Shown in pieces: positions 1 through 8,810 of a DNA stretch of 26,377 nucleotides. Below the pieces are notes generated by a model, which made no database searches, was not told the origin of the DNA, and saw only the letters and a list, made by a program, of their open reading frames with translations. Source of the DNA: Acaryochloridaceae cyanobacterium VAR_48_metabat_390 (GTDB lineage: Bacteria > Cyanobacteriota > Cyanobacteriia > Thermosynechococcales > Thermosynechococcaceae); contig JANPLU010000070.1 in the NCBI GenBank assembly GCA_031422435.1, positions 1-26,377 on the forward strand. The letters are read 5' to 3'. Position 1 is the stretch's first letter. The number at the start of each line of letters is the position of its first letter. The position numbers were made by a program, and so were the translations under genes.

Positions 1-168
1 CTTTAATATATATTCTGCTCTAAATATGAGAGACTATTGTTATAAGATAAGATTATTATGATGTCTTAACTTAACTAATTAACCTTAATCGTCATGTTAG
101 GATTAGTTGATCAACAAACTTTAAATAAAAGTAGTAACAAATCTTTTGTTTCCTATGCACTTACAGGA

Positions 169-1125
169 CTAAAGCTTAGGAGATAGTTTGAAACACGATG
201 CAAATATTTGCTTCTTGATTGATATAAGTTTTTGACGTATTATTTCTATCCATTTGCCATATTGTTTCATTTTCTTCCCACCATAACAATAGTTAAATAT
301 ATAAGTATCTAACAAACAATCTCTTGTGACAAAAGGAGGATGTTTTAATTCCCAGATATCTTCTGTTTCCATACTAGCCAAATGATTTTCATAAGATGTA
401 TGCGTTGCATCGGCACCAAAGCCAATATTTGACACGAGATTTACAGCAGGTGAGATTGACAATTCATGTTGCATCCAACGAGCATATAACCATTGATAAT
501 CCCATGTACCAGGTATACCAGTTACAACTCGATCAAATATACTTGTCCAATACATCTTTTCTGCCCAATCATCATAAACATAGTCAATTGAGCTATTCTG
601 TTTAACCTCTAACCAATTTTTCATGTCGCGATCATAATGTTGCCATGCTCTTTGCCAAGTTGCCCATCCCCAAATGCCTCCATACTTTGTAAATGAATAA
701 CTATAATTAGTTGCGTAATTATCAGATTTAAAATTATTACCACTAATATGCATAACTCTCATATCATTTCTGTAATGTTCAAGTAATGCCTGACAAAAAT
801 AAAAAAAGGACTCTGTGGGTAGACAATCATCTTCTAAAATAATAGCTTCTTCAACTTCTGAAAAGACCCAATCTAAGCCACTAGATACTCTTAGCTTACA
901 CCCCAGATTTATTTCTGATATATTTGTTAATACTTCGCAGTCCCAATCAACTCTATCAATAATCTTTCTAGCTTCATTACATTTTTGAAATTCTTTAGGG
1001 AATCGTGGTCCATCAGCAATAATTAAAAGTTTTTTTGGTTTCGCACTACGAATTGCCTCAAATACCCGAAGTGTTACGTCTGGACGATTAAAGATCAAGA
1101 ATGCTACAGGTGTTGAAAGAATCAT
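169..1125 (-). CDS. GT2-like nucleotide-diphospho-sugar transferase (HlpA-like family)
   Basis: 318 aa; N-terminal FLIFNRP, NLGC..VSSGLDWVF, DxD-like IILEDDC, WGWATW, WDYQW, NIGFG..ATHT; directly downstream of a flippase; AT-rich. Confidence 0.85.
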   Translation of the reverse strand: MILSTPVAFLIFNRPDVTLRVFEAIRSAKPKKLLIIADGPRFPKEFQKCNEARKIIDRVDWDCEVLTNISEINLGCKLRVSSGLDWVFSEVEEAIILEDDCLPTESFFYFCQALLEHYRNDMRVMHISGNNFKSDNYATNYSYSFTKYGGIWGWATWQRAWQHYDRDMKNWLEVKQNSSIDYVYDDWAEKMYWTSIFDRVVTGIPGTWDYQWLYARWMQHELSISPAVNLVSNIGFGADATHTSYENHLASMETEDIWELKHPPFVTRDCLLDTYIFNYCYGGKKMKQYGKWIEIIRQKLISIKKQIFASCFKLSPKL

Positions 1126-1180
1126 ATATTTTTATATATTTACTATATGAATATTTTTATAGATAAATAAACATAGAAAT

Positions 1181-2497
1181 TTATATATGCAAAAGTGATT
1201 TTAACTGAATCTGAAAGATTTTTTGAGTCTTCAAATCAATTGCGTTACCTAAAAATGCGGCAAAAGCTTGCGAAATCACTGTAGCTATAGCTGCCCCAAT
1301 GCCACCATAAATAGGAATCAGAATAAAGTTTAAAACAATGTTTGTAATTGCTCCCATCAAAGTTCTATGAAATGTAAGGCTGGTCAAGCCTTCTGCAATA
1401 AACCAGTATGATGCTCCTACACCCATAAACACAAAAACAGATGCCCAAATGTGAACTGCTAATATAGAGCCTGATGCCACATATTCATTGCCAAATAAAA
1501 ATGTTATTATTGTTCCAGATAGAAATGACATCGGCAAGGCAATTACAAAAGCTGTCAAAGACAAAAGTCGGATTAAATTTTCTATTTTTTGATAATACAA
1601 AAACTCATTTTTATCTCTTTTTGCTGCATAAATTGAGGGAGCCACAGAAGAGGCTATAGCTATAGGAATAAAATATAAAACCTCAGAAATTCTGGTTGCA
1701 GAAGAATAAAGTCCTACTTCTTTAATGCCTAGCATTTCTCCCAACATAATCTGATCAATCTTCATGTAAATCATGATTGTAAAGCCAGATATAATTAAAG
1801 GCCAACTTTCTTTAAGTAGGATCTTAGCCAAAGGTAAGTTCCAGTACCATAGACCGAGTGAATATTTCTTGATTCTATAAATTGATATTAATCCTAGAGA
1901 ATTAAGAATTGTCTCTGCCAATATAGCTCCTGCAAAAGCTAGTAGCGGCGCATGAATATAAATCAAAATGATTTTGGCTATGGCAGTAAGTATAAAAGCT
2001 GCATTTCTTACAATTACTATATACTTAGACTGCACTTGAGATTGAAACCATAGGTCAATCGTATCGAAGGATTGAAAAACTCCAACAGATGCTAAGATAG
2101 CTACTAAGTAAATAGTTAGACTATCATTTTGTCGAAACATAAATATAAATCCAACTGTTAAAAGTAAACTGACGATTCCTCCATATAGCTTTAACCAGAA
2201 TATGGTCCCTAAAATTACATCCTTCTTCCCAGGTTGATTAGCAATAGACTTAATTGCTAAGGATGATAAACCTAAATCAGATAAGGTGCTAAATAAACCT
2301 ACAAAAGCCGTAGCATAGCTCAAGAGACCAAATTGCTGTACACCCAAATAACGAGCAACCCAGACTCCTATAAATAGACCCAATCCCATTCGTGAAATCC
2401 GGTCTGCAAAGAGCCAGCCAGTATTAGCAATGATTTTATATAGCTCATCACTTTTTTTTAGAGATACAATTTCTTTGAGGTTGAATTTATTCGGCAT
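1181..2497 (-). CDS. Wzx-type oligosaccharide flippase (MOP/PST family)
   Basis: Many hydrophobic segments; VARYLG..QFG, MIYMKIDQIMLG, GLYSSA.RISE, LIP.YGGIGAAIAT. ATG at 2497 preferred over the TTG at 2518; start uncertain. Confidence 0.88.
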   Translation of the reverse strand: MPNKFNLKEIVSLKKSDELYKIIANTGWLFADRISRMGLGLFIGVWVARYLGVQQFGLLSYATAFVGLFSTLSDLGLSSLAIKSIANQPGKKDVILGTIFWLKLYGGIVSLLLTVGFIFMFRQNDSLTIYLVAILASVGVFQSFDTIDLWFQSQVQSKYIVIVRNAAFILTAIAKIILIYIHAPLLAFAGAILAETILNSLGLISIYRIKKYSLGLWYWNLPLAKILLKESWPLIISGFTIMIYMKIDQIMLGEMLGIKEVGLYSSATRISEVLYFIPIAIASSVAPSIYAAKRDKNEFLYYQKIENLIRLLSLTAFVIALPMSFLSGTIITFLFGNEYVASGSILAVHIWASVFVFMGVGASYWFIAEGLTSLTFHRTLMGAITNIVLNFILIPIYGGIGAAIATVISQAFAAFLGNAIDLKTQKIFQIQLKSLLHI

Positions 2498-2559
2498 TGC
2501 ATTAGTATGCCCCAACAACTCTCTGTCGCGATCTTTTTGATGGAGCTATGTACCGCTAT

Positions 2560-2997
2560 TCAGGGTGTTGGCCAAAAATCAGCACTTAAAACCTGATCGA
2601 CAGAAAAAGGACATATCTCAGGAAACTGTTCATCGGGTAAGTCTGTCTCAACTATTGCCAAATCCTTTGCTTCCTGCCAGCTTTCAGCCATCGCCTCATG
2701 TAAGCGAGGCTTTAGCCCAGGATTGCGCCGCAAAAGCTTTAGAATCGCGGTTCGCTGCACTCGGATTGTTGCCCGCCAGCTATTGGTGCGTTTCCAATGC
2801 TGAACTTGCCACTTGAGCAAATGAGCAGTGAGTTGCATTAAGCGAGATTCTAATTGGTCGTAGTGACGATTGCTCAAATCGTCTAGCTCCTCAGCTAAAT
2901 GCGCTAAATCTAACTGATCAAATTGGCCTTGACGCAGCAGACTAGACTGTTGCCGCACCCAAGTATAAAAGTCTTGCTCATAAAGTGTATCCCTCAT
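2560..2997 (-). CDS. DUF29 family protein
   Basis: LYEQDFYTW, HLLKWQ, SWRATIRVQR, FPEICPF...DFWP; GGAGGG RBS upstream. Confidence 0.9.
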   Translation of the reverse strand: MRDTLYEQDFYTWVRQQSSLLRQGQFDQLDLAHLAEELDDLSNRHYDQLESRLMQLTAHLLKWQVQHWKRTNSWRATIRVQRTAILKLLRRNPGLKPRLHEAMAESWQEAKDLAIVETDLPDEQFPEICPFSVDQVLSADFWPTP

Positions 2998-3035
2998 AGC
3001 TTACCCTCCGTCGATTACATTACCCATCTATAATT

Positions 3036-3450
3036 TCAGCCTGACAGCACATCACCCTGCCCGTTTGCCCACTGACGGACAGCCTTAGCCTAACTTGTCT
3101 CACCCATCTCCTGAGCCTGAGTCAAAAATCTCTTAAAAACCTCTACCGTTACCATCGGCAGCACTTGAGATTGATTCTGGGCGACGTACTCTGTAGCAAC
3201 CAGTTTTAGAAGTTGGACACTTTCTCCATCAAATTGCCAAATCTCCGGTACGTCAAGTACCGCACAAATGGGCAACCTGGGTAAAGAAGGACTGCTGACA
3301 TCAATTTCGATGTCTAAATCTGGTAGTGGATCTATCGCCAAATCAATCTTCATTTTGTCCGCACCAAAGACCGATAGGTCTGCAAGTGATGCCTTGCAAT
3401 GTAACCCTAGAATGATGCTTAGAACGGTAAGTATGAGTTAGGCATAGCTG
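3036..3450 (-). pseudogene. Uma2/DUF820 family endonuclease pseudogene
   Basis: N-terminal RVTLQGIT-(TG, 1 nt short)-QTYRSLV at 3408-3362 joined out of frame to the C-terminal half (IDLAIDPLPDLDIEIDVSS..VPEIWQFDG); TAG at 3090-3092 interrupts GETS*AKAVRQW, which reads on to TGA at 3036. 5' boundary approximate. Confidence 0.8.
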
Positions 3451-3770
3451 CTACGTTCCCCAATAAAACGACGTCTATAGGCTAGTTTACTGTTCTCAGG
3501 AATGATGGTGAACACGCAAGATTGAAAGCATTTGTTCAATAAAGCTTTTGCCATAAACAAATCCATCAATCCCCTCCTCGGAAAGGTAGAGATGAGTTAG
3601 GCATAAAAAGCACAGCATAATCTTCGCTCCACTCAGCTCTCTAGATAAAGTCTGAAAAACTGTATTCAACCCAACAGACGGAGGTAAGGTGACACAATAT
3701 TGATGGAATATACGACAGTCATCCAGACCCGTGGGTCAAATTTCTGACAAACTGTCCACAACTTTTCTAT

Positions 3771-3814
3771 AAAAAATAGGGAGGGCTTGAGTCATCACTC
3801 AAGCCCTCCCTATT
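3771..3814 (-). terminator. Rho-independent terminator of psaD
   Basis: Perfect 18-bp inverted repeat (3775-3792 / 3797-3814), 4-nt loop, T-run on the minus strand, 20 nt after the psaD stop. Confidence 0.85.
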
Positions 3815-3834
3815 CTAGGGTTAGACCTTCCCTG

Positions 3835-4257
3835 CTAGGGATCAGTCGTCTTTTTGCCAGAGAACTTAACGCTGATAGGGTCAGGATTTTCCCCAATCGA
3901 ACGTGGCACGCTGTTGACCGCTTCACGACCTTCATTCACCTTTTCAGGGAAGACACCATCGCTGGGGTGCAGCAATGAAGTTTCGCCACTGGGCAAAATT
4001 CGATAGATTTTGTAATCGGTAATTTTTTTGGCGCGGAGCTGACGTAAGCCTAGGGCAAGGCACTGCTCTTTACGAGACAAGTACAGCAAATTTTCACCGG
4101 AGCGCATCACCGCAGCACCGCCAGTGGGCATCTCAAAAACCTGCTCCTTCGAGCTGGTCCAGGTGATGGCATACTTTTCTTCAACATCGGCCTTGCTGAG
4201 TAAGCCGCCGGTGCTGCCGCCAAAGAGCGGGGTTTGTCCAGTCAGTTGTTCTGCCAT
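3835..4257 (-). CDS. psaD: Photosystem I reaction centre subunit II
   Basis: [53 protein letters not shown]. Confidence 0.98.
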   Translation of the reverse strand: MAEQLTGQTPLFGGSTGGLLSKADVEEKYAITWTSSKEQVFEMPTGGAAVMRSGENLLYLSRKEQCLALGLRQLRAKKITDYKIYRILPSGETSLLHPSDGVFPEKVNEGREAVNSVPRSIGENPDPISVKFSGKKTTDP

Positions 4258-4455
4258 TCATTCTTCTCCCAAAACGGCACAAGTTTAATAAACACTCTTC
4301 TGTAGGGGTAAGAACAGCCCAAAAGCTGACTTAACCCTTAGTACAAGAGCGCTTTTGCGTTAACGTAGCAAGGTTCTTTATAGAATTGCACTGCGCTGAA
4401 TGGCAGAGTATAGGACTCTACATGCAGCTAAATGCAGTGTTTTAGCTCTAGCCGA

Positions 4456-4519
4456 ATCCTATCATCGCGTTTGACCGCGTTTAGCAAGTTCGTGAGGAAC
4501 TGTAACAGTTCTTTAGCAG
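4456..4519 (-). promoter_or_regulatory. Putative psaD promoter with HLR1-like upstream element
   Basis: Minus strand TGa-TAGGAT (4456-4464); GTTACAGT within the palindrome GAACTGT-N-ACAGTTC (4497-4511), about -46 to -70 from the inferred start; second octamer is poor. Confidence 0.35.
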
Positions 4520-4569
4520 ATATTTTGAGGATTGCAGTGAGGGAACGGTACGATATTCCTGACCAAACC

Positions 4570-6537
4570 TTACAACACCCCTTGGCGCAGGTTCCGCTGG
4601 GGTAGAGGGCGTTGCGTTGCGATCGCACTGGGCAACGTAAAGTGAAAGGTACTGCCCTGATCTTTGCCCAAAGATTTTGCCCAAATTTCGCCGCCGAGGT
4701 GATGAATAATTTGACGGCAAATGGCAAGCCCTAGCCCCGTGCCGCCCGTGGTGCGCCGTAAGGCTCCTTCTTCTTGGTAGAAGCGCTCAAACACAATTTC
4801 GAGACGGTCTGGCTCAATGCCTCGCCCTGTATCCGCCACCGTCACTTCAATCAGGTGGGCATCCGTTTCTTGGCCTCGGATCTTGATTTCGCCTGGGGGA
4901 TCTGTGAATTTACAGGCGTTATCGAGCAGCTTTGCCAGTACCTCCACTAGCCATTCTCCGTCTGCCTGAATGAGGGGAAGTTCTTCGGGTACCTCTACCA
5001 CAATGTCTGGCAGGGTTCCAGGCTGACTGCGGGTTCTGATGCTGCTGAGGGCTAAATCGACACACTCCTGTAATGACAGCGCTTCGGTATGCCACTTGAC
5101 CCGACCGCTTTCTAAGCGAGACAGGGTTAAAAAGTCCTGGACTAGCTTTCTGAGGCGTTCTGCATCGGTGAGTGCGGTGCTGAGCATCACCTGCTGCACT
5201 TCTGGCGGCATATCCGGTTCGCTAGCAAGGCTCTCTAGACAAACTTGGATGGTCGACAGCGGCGTGCGCAGTTCGTGCCCTGTGATGGCAATGAGGTTAC
5301 TGCGGGCGCGCTCTAATGCCTCAAGCTGCTGGTTTAGGTCTTCGAGTTCGGCGTAGGCTTGCGCCTGAATTAGCGCGATGCTGATTTGGGTGGCGATCGC
5401 CTCTACCAACGCAATATCCGAATCGCTCCAGCGGTACGGCTCCAGAGGGTCAGTGTGGTGAAGCTCTACCATACCGAGCAGTCGCCCCTGATACAGCATA
5501 GGCACCATCAGCAGCGAGTGCAGCTCAATCTCCGCAATACGGGTATTAAAGGCTTTGAAGCGCTTGAGGCGGGGATCGGTCGCGACTTCTTCGATGTAAA
5601 CCCATTCTTCTTGTTTCACAACCTGTATAAACCAAGGGTTGCGCTCTAAAGGCCAAGGTTGACCTTTGAGAGAATGCTGTCCGGGCTGCACAAATTCGTA
5701 CTGGATTACGGCGGTTTTGTCTGCGCCTTGACATTGATATAAAAGACAGCGATCGCACTCCAATGCCTGCCCCAACTCCTGTACCGCCACGCTCAGTACC
5801 TGATCTGCATTAAGCGATCGCCGAATTGCCGTGGTCATGGAGTTGATGAGCCGCTCCTTTAGCTCCTGAGCCGCAATTTGGCGGTATGCCTTGAGCTGGC
5901 GGTACTGACTGGCCTGAAGGTATGTGACCAGGCGATCAGCAAAGGGGGAAGGATGAACCAGAGGAGAGCCAGAAAACGCGGGGCGAACAATGGTTTCTAA
6001 AAGATGCTGGTTCTGTGCCTTGAGTTCTGGACGATACTGGCTGATGCGGTTAAGCAGTAACTCCGCTACCGTGCAGCTAATCTGACGCTCAAAAGTCCAA
6101 ATGCCCTCAAACCGTCGAGACTGATCGACGTGCAAAAGCTGTCCGTTGCCAGATGCCTGGATATGCTCTCGACACACTAGACACACCGCATACTCTCGCC
6201 CAATTACCACCAGATGCCATTCTTGACTGAGTCCATCTTCTGGCGTAAAGGCAATAGTTTCGTGGGCACCCGACGCATTTTTGAAGTCTGTCTCTGGGGC
6301 AGCTAACACATACACATAGGGCGTGACATCCGCAATGCGCAGATATCGGTGAGATTCTTGGCGATAAAATCGCTCTCGCTGAAAGCAAGCAATCACCAAA
6401 GGCTGATCGGTTCCGGCTAGTACCTGATCTTCCATCGCGTGGGACAGCGCGGTGAGCGAAGACTTAAAGTACATTTGCGATCGGAGCTGTGGCTGGGCTT
6501 CTAGAAGTTCCTGCAATAGAGAAGTTGGAATCATCAT
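4570..6537 (-). CDS. DICT-GAF-HisKA-HATPase sensor histidine kinase (orphan)
   Basis: DICT: YFKSSLTALSHAMED, FQRERFY, EWHLVV; GAF: DRCLLY..LLMVPM.YQGRLLG.VELH; H-box GHELRTPL, N-box LLDNACKFT, DTGRGI, FERFYQ, GTGLGLAIC. ATG at 6537 or 6534. Confidence 0.92.
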   Translation of the reverse strand: MMIPTSLLQELLEAQPQLRSQMYFKSSLTALSHAMEDQVLAGTDQPLVIACFQRERFYRQESHRYLRIADVTPYVYVLAAPETDFKNASGAHETIAFTPEDGLSQEWHLVVIGREYAVCLVCREHIQASGNGQLLHVDQSRRFEGIWTFERQISCTVAELLLNRISQYRPELKAQNQHLLETIVRPAFSGSPLVHPSPFADRLVTYLQASQYRQLKAYRQIAAQELKERLINSMTTAIRRSLNADQVLSVAVQELGQALECDRCLLYQCQGADKTAVIQYEFVQPGQHSLKGQPWPLERNPWFIQVVKQEEWVYIEEVATDPRLKRFKAFNTRIAEIELHSLLMVPMLYQGRLLGMVELHHTDPLEPYRWSDSDIALVEAIATQISIALIQAQAYAELEDLNQQLEALERARSNLIAITGHELRTPLSTIQVCLESLASEPDMPPEVQQVMLSTALTDAERLRKLVQDFLTLSRLESGRVKWHTEALSLQECVDLALSSIRTRSQPGTLPDIVVEVPEELPLIQADGEWLVEVLAKLLDNACKFTDPPGEIKIRGQETDAHLIEVTVADTGRGIEPDRLEIVFERFYQEEGALRRTTGGTGLGLAICRQIIHHLGGEIWAKSLGKDQGSTFHFTLPSAIATQRPLPQRNLRQGVL

Positions 6538-6692
6538 CGACAAATCAACTTGCGTCAGACCAGCGTTTAGCGATGCTGCTGAAGGGCTAGGATGCGATAA
6601 GCAGACGCTTTTACAGCGTACTCGATTCCTACGGTACAGCGGCGATGACGGCAGGAATCTTTAATATATCCGCACGATTATGAGAGGTTTTA

Positions 6693-7178
6693 ATGTTATT
6701 CCCCGAGATTTCTCTCTGCTTGTCTCCAGATGTAGTGTGTCAGACTCAACGTCTGCTCACTAGCTTTCGCCATTGGTTTGAGCGCGATTTATTGCCAGAC
6801 CAAAGTACCGATTCGGCGATCGCAGCCCACCAGCTCTTTTTCGCACCCTTTGTGGTGCTTTCCCACGGGACTGAGGACGATCCAGTCCTCAACTATGGCA
6901 ATCAAGCTGCCCTCAATTTATGGGAAATGGACTGGTCTAATTTTACCCAAATGCCCTCTCGCCTCACGGCTGAACCGGATTTACGGCAAGTGCGATCGCA
7001 GCTCCTTGCAACTGCCGCCCAGCAAGGCTACATTACCGATTATCAAGGTATACGCATTTCTAAAACAGGCCAACGTTTTTTCATCCAAAACGCCATCATC
7101 TGGAAAGTCTTGGATCAAACAGGTCAGTCCTGTGGACAAGCTGCTACCTTTTCAAAATGGGAGGCTGTACCCTGTTAA
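6693..7178 (+). CDS. Stand-alone MEKHLA (PAS-like) domain protein
   Basis: APFVVLSHG..DPVLNYGN.AAL.LWE, MPSRLTAE, YQGIRISKTG.RF.I, GQAATF..W; GAGG RBS. Confidence 0.92.
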   Translation: MLFPEISLCLSPDVVCQTQRLLTSFRHWFERDLLPDQSTDSAIAAHQLFFAPFVVLSHGTEDDPVLNYGNQAALNLWEMDWSNFTQMPSRLTAEPDLRQVRSQLLATAAQQGYITDYQGIRISKTGQRFFIQNAIIWKVLDQTGQSCGQAATFSKWEAVPC

Positions 7179-7372
7179 GCCTTGAAGTCTCGACGGAGCT
7201 AAATAACGTATTAGAGCAAATGGTTGAAAAGCATGTGGGCACTAATAAAAGTGAAGTGCTGCGTAAGGCGATCGCGCTGATTCAGGTTGCCGTTGAAGCG
7301 AGAGAAAAAGGCCAAAAGGTCGGAATTGCTGCAAAAGGCCAATCTCTAGCTACTGAATTTGTAGGCATCTAG
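7157..7372 (+). CDS. Small ribbon-helix-helix (CopG-like) DNA-binding protein
   Basis: Alternating beta pattern LSLEVS, helix ELNNVLEQM, NKSEVLRKAIAL; start overlaps the MEKHLA gene by 22 nt and is uncertain. Confidence 0.7.
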   Translation: MGGCTLLSLEVSTELNNVLEQMVEKHVGTNKSEVLRKAIALIQVAVEAREKGQKVGIAAKGQSLATEFVGI

Positions 7373-7375
7373 CGG

Positions 7376-7717
7376 ATGGGCTTGGCAACCGAAGACAATC
7401 CTAACGAGGCCGATAGTCACCAGATTGATTTAAGCCAACTGGCAAATCAACCTCGCTGGAAAGCGGAACTCAAAACCGAAGACCCACTTGAGCAACAAAA
7501 TCGGCTGAACATTGAGAAGTGGGATGCCTGGTTTAGAAGGGAAGAGCGAGCCATCGGCATCGTTGTTTTGCTGGCTGGTATTAGCGTCATTGTCTGGCTA
7601 TGTTATGGCATTAGCAGTAATCCAAAATCATCTGCGGATGACAAAAAATGGTCAACCTCTATTTTGGCTTCCATTGTTTCGTTAGGGGCTGGCTACTTAG
7701 CACCCAGGCTCAAGTAA
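7376..7717 (+). CDS. Hypothetical membrane protein, 2 predicted TM segments
   Basis: 113 aa; charged N-terminal half, hydrophobic AIGIVVLLAGISVIVWLCYGI and WSTSILASIVSLGAGYLA; begins 3 nt after the RHH stop. Confidence 0.7.
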   Translation: MGLATEDNPNEADSHQIDLSQLANQPRWKAELKTEDPLEQQNRLNIEKWDAWFRREERAIGIVVLLAGISVIVWLCYGISSNPKSSADDKKWSTSILASIVSLGAGYLAPRLK

Positions 7718-7724
7718 AGCAAGA

Positions 7725-8801
7725 TTACCCAACGTTAAAGGTATTTAAAACCTTTGCAACCTTAGAAGAATAAACCTCCAAATTGAGGTCTTGTTCTGCT
7801 AGCTGACGCGCCCTTTTTCCCATCTGATATGCTTCTACGGGGTGATTGAGTAAATAACTTAGGGCTTCTGTCCAGCCTTTTACGTCACCCGTCTCGACCC
7901 ATAGGCCAATCCCTGCCGCCTCAATATCCATCACGTATCGGCTGAGGTTATTGCGCGTCATGATGACGGGTCGTCTCATGGCGATCGCCTCCAGCAGCAC
8001 CGTTAGCCCAACGGCATTATTTGGCTTATGAGGATAATCTCCCAGCGGGATAGCAACGGCATAGGCTTTTCGGTACTCTTGCAATACCGCACGCCAAGGC
8101 AAAATTCCCTCATAAAAATGGGCATTGGCAGGCATTAAAAGCCCAGATTTTACGTTCTCGATATCAAAGCAGCAGATTTTGAGTTGGCACTTTAGGGGTT
8201 CAATGCCTTTGAGAAGCGTTGCGTAATCTCGGTAGGTTTTGCCTGTGGATAAAATCAGCGGTGGCTCTGAAGACGTTTCTGGTAAAGAGATCGCCTCATA
8301 AAACGGCAGATCTACGCCCCATTCAGCAACCGACAGCTTTTGAGCAGAAATACCGAAATCTTGAGCTAAGTCTTCTTTAAGCTGTTGATTGAGGCAAATA
8401 ATGCGATCATTGCCATCGACGCAGAGTGCTGTAAAGAGTCGGCTGAGCAAGGTGGGCGGAAACGATTGATAGGCGATCGCCACCACTGGGGTCTTCAAAA
8501 TCCTCAGCTTTCTTAGCAGGGCTAACAGTGGCGTTGTCAAATGATGGGCTGAATAGATCGCGTCATACTGCGAGGCTGCGCGAAGTACCCGAAACTGCTG
8601 GTCAAGATCGCCAAAGAGATTGATTTTACTGATTAATTTTAGAAATTTGAACCCTTGACAAGGCAGAATATCAACCTCAATGCCATGCTGATGCAGTGTG
8701 GTTACCCCCCATAAGTGTTCTGCTCGTGCCTGCTCTCCTTCAGCTTTCCATTTTGCATAAATGTCTGACAGCTCTTGGTTACTAAGGATGAGAACTTTCA
8801 T
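7725..8801 (-). CDS. Glycosyltransferase family 4 (GT-B)
   Basis: WGVD..FY, STGKTYRDY, GLTVLLEAIAMRRPVI, MGKRAR; starts 9 nt after the MBL-fold gene. Confidence 0.88.
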   Translation of the reverse strand: MKVLILSNQELSDIYAKWKAEGEQARAEHLWGVTTLHQHGIEVDILPCQGFKFLKLISKINLFGDLDQQFRVLRAASQYDAIYSAHHLTTPLLALLRKLRILKTPVVAIAYQSFPPTLLSRLFTALCVDGNDRIICLNQQLKEDLAQDFGISAQKLSVAEWGVDLPFYEAISLPETSSEPPLILSTGKTYRDYATLLKGIEPLKCQLKICCFDIENVKSGLLMPANAHFYEGILPWRAVLQEYRKAYAVAIPLGDYPHKPNNAVGLTVLLEAIAMRRPVIMTRNNLSRYVMDIEAAGIGLWVETGDVKGWTEALSYLLNHPVEAYQMGKRARQLAEQDLNLEVYSSKVAKVLNTFNVG

Positions 8802-8810
8802 AAGTGTGGA

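Noticed and set aside
3017..3025. J-box-like GGGTAATGT upstream of DUF29
   Set aside because: Too degenerate; expected many times by chance.
3484..3590. CRISPR repeat remnant (ATTGAAAG, short GC-rich dyad)
   Set aside because: Single occurrence, no regular repeat-spacer periodicity and no cas genes.
4428..4727. Short ORFs overlapping the kinase 3' end and the psaD promoter
   Set aside because: No recognisable motifs or RBS; they overlap a real gene.
7381..7717. IS or prophage origin for the RHH cassette
   Set aside because: No transposase, integrase, terminal inverted repeats or target duplication seen.
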